From contig CAWDPO010000043.1 of NCBI GenBank assembly GCA_963804165.1, forward strand, positions 256,001 through 320,000: a DNA stretch of 64,000 bases, written 5' to 3'. This stretch comes from an uncultured delta proteobacterium (GTDB taxonomy: Bacteria; Desulfobacterota; Binatia; UBA9968). The notes under the pieces were generated by a model. The model ran no database searches and had not been told where the DNA came from. It saw nothing but the letters and a program-made list of their open reading frames with translations. The position numbers and the translations under genes were made by a program. Shown one piece after another: positions 60,640 through 64,000 of the stretch (positions within the stretch are counted from its first letter, which is position 1; every line of letters starts with the position of its first letter).

Positions 60640-61617
60640 TCATCGCGGCGGTGCCAATCGGGGCTTGAGCTCCTCCACCAGTAAACGCATCTGCTTCAAC
60701 GGGTCCTGCGTGATCACCCGCGCCACGATCGTCGTCAAGCCGGCGTCGACATAGGGCTGTAGCTTTTGCGCGCATTCTTCCGGCGTGCCAAAAAACGGCG
60801 CGAGATGGCTCAACTTGGCGCGCGGCTGGCGAAAATATTTTTCCGCCAGGCTCCAGCCTTCTTCCTGCGCGCTCTCTGCGCCGGAACCAAGATGGAAAGT
60901 TGCAAACAATGCCGACGGGATCGCTTCGCCGCAACGACCAGACTCTTTCGCGTAGCCGTCGATTTTCCGGCGGCGCGCGCCGAACTCTTCCGCTGTGTGC
61001 GCCACGGTAAACCAGCCGTCGCCAAGCGTGGCGACGCGCCGCAAGGCATTTTCGTTTTCGCCGGCTGCCAGCCAAATAGGGATCGAGCTTTGAACCGGCT
61101 TGGGCTCGATGGCGATTTCGTCAAAACGATAGTATTTTCCTTCAAAAGAAAGCGGATCTTCCGTCCACAAGCGCCGAATCAATCGGATGGATTCGTTAAG
61201 GCGGCCGGCCTTTTGGTGAAACGGCACGCCGCAGGCTGCGAATTCTCGCTCCGCATAGGGATACTGGTGGCCGGAGCTCACGCCGATAATGATCCGACCA
61301 CCGGAAATCACATCCAACGTCGCCACTGCGTGCGCCAACAAGACCGGATTGCGCAATGCCATAATGAGCGGCACTGTGCCGATTCTTATCGTGCTCGTCT
61401 TTGCCGCCAAAGCTGCCATGACCGTTAGGCAATCCGCGTGAGCTCGATCCAGTAATGAAAGTCGCGGGCTGTCCCCCACCCAGACGTGACTGAAGCCAAG
61501 CTCTTCCGCTTGAGCCGCGGTCAGCCAAAGGTCCGCCACGTGAGACGAAGCCTCGCCTTTACGTATCAAGTGACGCGTGTGGAGGAGCAGACCGAACTCG
61601 ACGCCGGAATTGGACAT
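60640..61617 (-). CDS. LLM-class flavin-dependent oxidoreductase
   Basis: AEELGFSHVWVGDS, LRNPVLLA..VATLDVISGGR, PKPVQ..IPIW, GDGW, GTPEEC. Confidence 0.92.
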   Translation of the reverse strand: MSNSGVEFGLLLHTRHLIRKGEASSHVADLWLTAAQAEELGFSHVWVGDSPRLSLLDRAHADCLTVMAALAAKTSTIRIGTVPLIMALRNPVLLAHAVATLDVISGGRIIIGVSSGHQYPYAEREFAACGVPFHQKAGRLNESIRLIRRLWTEDPLSFEGKYYRFDEIAIEPKPVQSSIPIWLAAGENENALRRVATLGDGWFTVAHTAEEFGARRRKIDGYAKESGRCGEAIPSALFATFHLGSGAESAQEEGWSLAEKYFRQPRAKLSHLAPFFGTPEECAQKLQPYVDAGLTTIVARVITQDPLKQMRLLVEELKPRLAPPR

Positions 61618-61624
61618 GGAAAAT

Positions 61625-62641
61625 CTATCTTTGGCCAACGCGTATGCTGGTGACCTCCGGCAATTTGCTGAGAATCTCGCGGAAAGAATCTCCGCCATCT
61701 TTGCTCCACCAAACGCTGCCATCGGTCATGCCGACGAAAAAGCTGTTCGGCTCCGTCGGGTCGCTGGCGACGGCCCGCGGCGCGGCTTTGAAATGGCTGG
61801 GCAATCCGCCGGAAAGTCTCTCCCAGGATTCTCCCTGGTTTTCGCTTCGATAGAACGCAGATTGCGCTCCTTCGGGGCGCCGCCAAAATGGTGGCGGCAC
61901 CGCCGCCGCAGCCGTCAAAAGTACTTTGGGCCGCGCCGGATGAACCGCCAGCTGAGCCATGTAGGTACAATCGAGACCGTTACCCCAATTCACAAAGCTC
62001 GCGCCGCCGTCGACGCTTCGATAAACCCCTTTTCCCGAAGACGCAATGACCACGTCTTGGTTGTCAGGCATCACAGCGACGTAGTGGGCATCGAACTCGA
62101 CGCCTTCCTTGATATTTTGCCAGGTCTCGCCGCCGTCCTGGCTGCGGATCACCCAGCCTTCTTCCACTGCGCCGAGGATCGCCCGAGGGTTGTCCGAGCG
62201 CAGAGCCAGCCCTTTGACATGGCTCACGTGAGGCGGCCGAGGGAAGGTCCAATCAATGGTTTCAGGCAAATTCCTGAGCTGCTCACAATCGCTCCAGCTG
62301 TCGCCGCGGTCGGCGCTCTTGAACACGGCCGACGGGCCTGTGCCGGCGTAAAGCTCGCCCGTCTTGGGATGCTGAGCCAGTGAAAAAATTTCTTTGTAGA
62401 TAATCCCGTCATTGATTTCCCGCCAGCTCCCGCCGCGGTCCTCGCTGCGGTAAACGCCACCCTTGCTCGTGCCGGCATAGAGACAACGTGGGTCTTCGCG
62501 ATCTATGACCACCGTTGACCTCAGCGCCCCTTTGCCTTGAAGTCCCACGAGCCGAGTCTCGTGGCCGTTGCCTTCCGACTCCGCTTGATACAGGCCGTTC
62601 GCCGTACCTATGTAAAGAACGTGGTCCAATCCCGTCGCCAT
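61625..62641 (-). CDS. BNR/Asp-box beta-propeller protein (YCF48/sialidase-like), no signal peptide
   Basis: Repeated RSEDRGGSW, KSADRGDSW, RSQDGGETW, RSVDGGASF, RSENQGESW, SKDGGDSF. Confidence 0.9.
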   Translation of the reverse strand: MATGLDHVLYIGTANGLYQAESEGNGHETRLVGLQGKGALRSTVVIDREDPRCLYAGTSKGGVYRSEDRGGSWREINDGIIYKEIFSLAQHPKTGELYAGTGPSAVFKSADRGDSWSDCEQLRNLPETIDWTFPRPPHVSHVKGLALRSDNPRAILGAVEEGWVIRSQDGGETWQNIKEGVEFDAHYVAVMPDNQDVVIASSGKGVYRSVDGGASFVNWGNGLDCTYMAQLAVHPARPKVLLTAAAAVPPPFWRRPEGAQSAFYRSENQGESWERLSGGLPSHFKAAPRAVASDPTEPNSFFVGMTDGSVWWSKDGGDSFREILSKLPEVTSIRVGQR

Positions 62642-62721
62642 GATCTCCCCCTTTCAGTTCGGGTTATGGGTTGAGTGCGGTCATTTCGATAATCTTCGGA
62701 AGCTGATAGACGGGTTATACC

Positions 62722-63903
62722 TCATGGAACCTTCCCCCGGCTAGCCAGCGCGTTTTCCATGACGCTGAGCGCCGCCTTCGCATCCATGAATTGCGGGCTC
62801 TCGGTGAAGAAATACTTTTTCCCCGCTAGCCGCCGTGATGCCGGGGGCACCTTGTCCTTGGGAATATCGATCCTAAGTGAATCCCGGTCGCCATGACTCT
62901 CTTGATAGACGATCTGCCCTCTGCGCGAAAGAAACCAATTGATAAAAACCTTGGCTGCATTCGGGTGGGGCGCCTTATTCATGAAGACTAGATTGCTCGC
63001 GCTACCGCGCAAACGAGGCATCTCTTTGAGCTCGTTGGGATCAACCGCTTCCAAGGAAACTCCTTGCCCCTTGGCTTTGTTAAGCAAGTCCTCCCGGCAG
63101 AAAACGCACATGGCAAATTTTCCTGCCGCTACCCAATCGATGACCTGGGTCGGATCTTTGCTTATGGTGATATCCATTTCGGAAAACAGCCGCCTGATAA
63201 ACTCCGGGCCAAGCTCGGGATGGTAGTAAAGAAACCGCAAAGTAACCGCTCCGAAACTCGGATCCCGCGCGTCCAGGCTGACAATTTTCCCTTTCCACTT
63301 AGGGCGCATCAGGTCCCAGTAAGACTTAAACTCTTCCACCTTGACGAGAGTGGTGTTGAAGCCAACCGATAGGCCGGCGGTGATGCTACCCTCATTGACG
63401 AAGATGTATTTGTTCTCAGGGTCAATATAAAAATGACGGTTCTCCCACCACCTGGACTGGTCCAGGACTTCCGGAAGAATGAACAGCGGCGCGATGGGTT
63501 CCAAAAGTTTATTATTGTAAAAACTATACAAAGAATCCGGGCCGCCTAGGTAGACATCGGCCAAATATTTGCCCGCCCGCCGTTCCGCCAGTAGCCGGGG
63601 AGACATGCGGCTGGAGTAGCCGTGCGTAATCACTGCTTTGATGTCGGGGTAATCTTTTTGAAATTGGCTGAATATGCCCTCATGGTACGGCCCTACGGCG
63701 GCATAGATCAGCACCTGCCCTTCTCGTTTCGCCGCATCGATCGTCTTTTCCCACTCCGCTTGCCACGCAATCTTGCTTTCGGCTGCTCCGCTCGTCGCTA
63801 TCTGAGTCGAACTCAAACTCAGCAGCGCCCACACCACACTCAGCACGCAAAATTTTAGGCCTATCCGTCGGCGCTGCATTCTATCTTTATGGCTAGTCTC
63901 CAT
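62722..63903 (-). CDS. ABC substrate-binding protein (paralog of 54247-55365)
   Basis: Signal peptide, WEKTIDAAKREG, LLAERRAGKYLADVY, KAPHPNAAKVFINW. Confidence 0.88.
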   Translation of the reverse strand: METSHKDRMQRRRIGLKFCVLSVVWALLSLSSTQIATSGAAESKIAWQAEWEKTIDAAKREGQVLIYAAVGPYHEGIFSQFQKDYPDIKAVITHGYSSRMSPRLLAERRAGKYLADVYLGGPDSLYSFYNNKLLEPIAPLFILPEVLDQSRWWENRHFYIDPENKYIFVNEGSITAGLSVGFNTTLVKVEEFKSYWDLMRPKWKGKIVSLDARDPSFGAVTLRFLYYHPELGPEFIRRLFSEMDITISKDPTQVIDWVAAGKFAMCVFCREDLLNKAKGQGVSLEAVDPNELKEMPRLRGSASNLVFMNKAPHPNAAKVFINWFLSRRGQIVYQESHGDRDSLRIDIPKDKVPPASRRLAGKKYFFTESPQFMDAKAALSVMENALASRGKVP

Positions 63904-64000
63904 TGATCAGCCTTTGGACAATCGAGGCCGCAGACGGCAATTCGCTAGATCGCGATTTTTTTTCTGGGTGTAGGGGAATTCGATCGTGAGTTTTCTTCGG

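Noticed and set aside
1-64000. Prophage, integrase, transposase, retron/RT, tRNA or rRNA
   Set aside because: No recognisable motifs or structures for any of these were found.

Overview
GC-rich bacterial chromosome segment, most likely a deltaproteobacterial-grade lineage. The gene order, many solute-binding proteins (SBPs) and intergenic repeat style suggest Ca. Binatia; this is inference. Positions 2.8-20.3 kb hold a minus-strand housekeeping run (tilS-ftsH-folP-cdaA-cdaR-glmM-pdxJ-nnr-tsaE-lysC-cimA-cysE-mnmA-mtaB-rnc), followed by a divergent SdhA-like flavoprotein and a short 2Fe-2S partner. Positions 20.3-64 kb are accessory: vapBC, AttH-like protein, rhodanese-SBP-SBP-UbiD, exported methyltransferases, an NRPS-like A-T/PaaK-like locus, MmgE/PrpD, a deacylase, SWIM-SNF2, and a 12-kb orphan catabolic cluster. 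Many genes, including housekeeping ones, carry single-base frameshifts, most likely long-read errors. The most unusual signal occurs twice. A small cargo block (vapBC; DUF2442 plus MmgE/PrpD) sits between an intact gene and a diverged, decayed copy of that gene's own 3' end, with no integrase in the window. The window also has several MITE/REP families (nested, back-to-back, and read in frame inside proteins). No CRISPR, rRNA, tRNA, integrase or transposase was seen.
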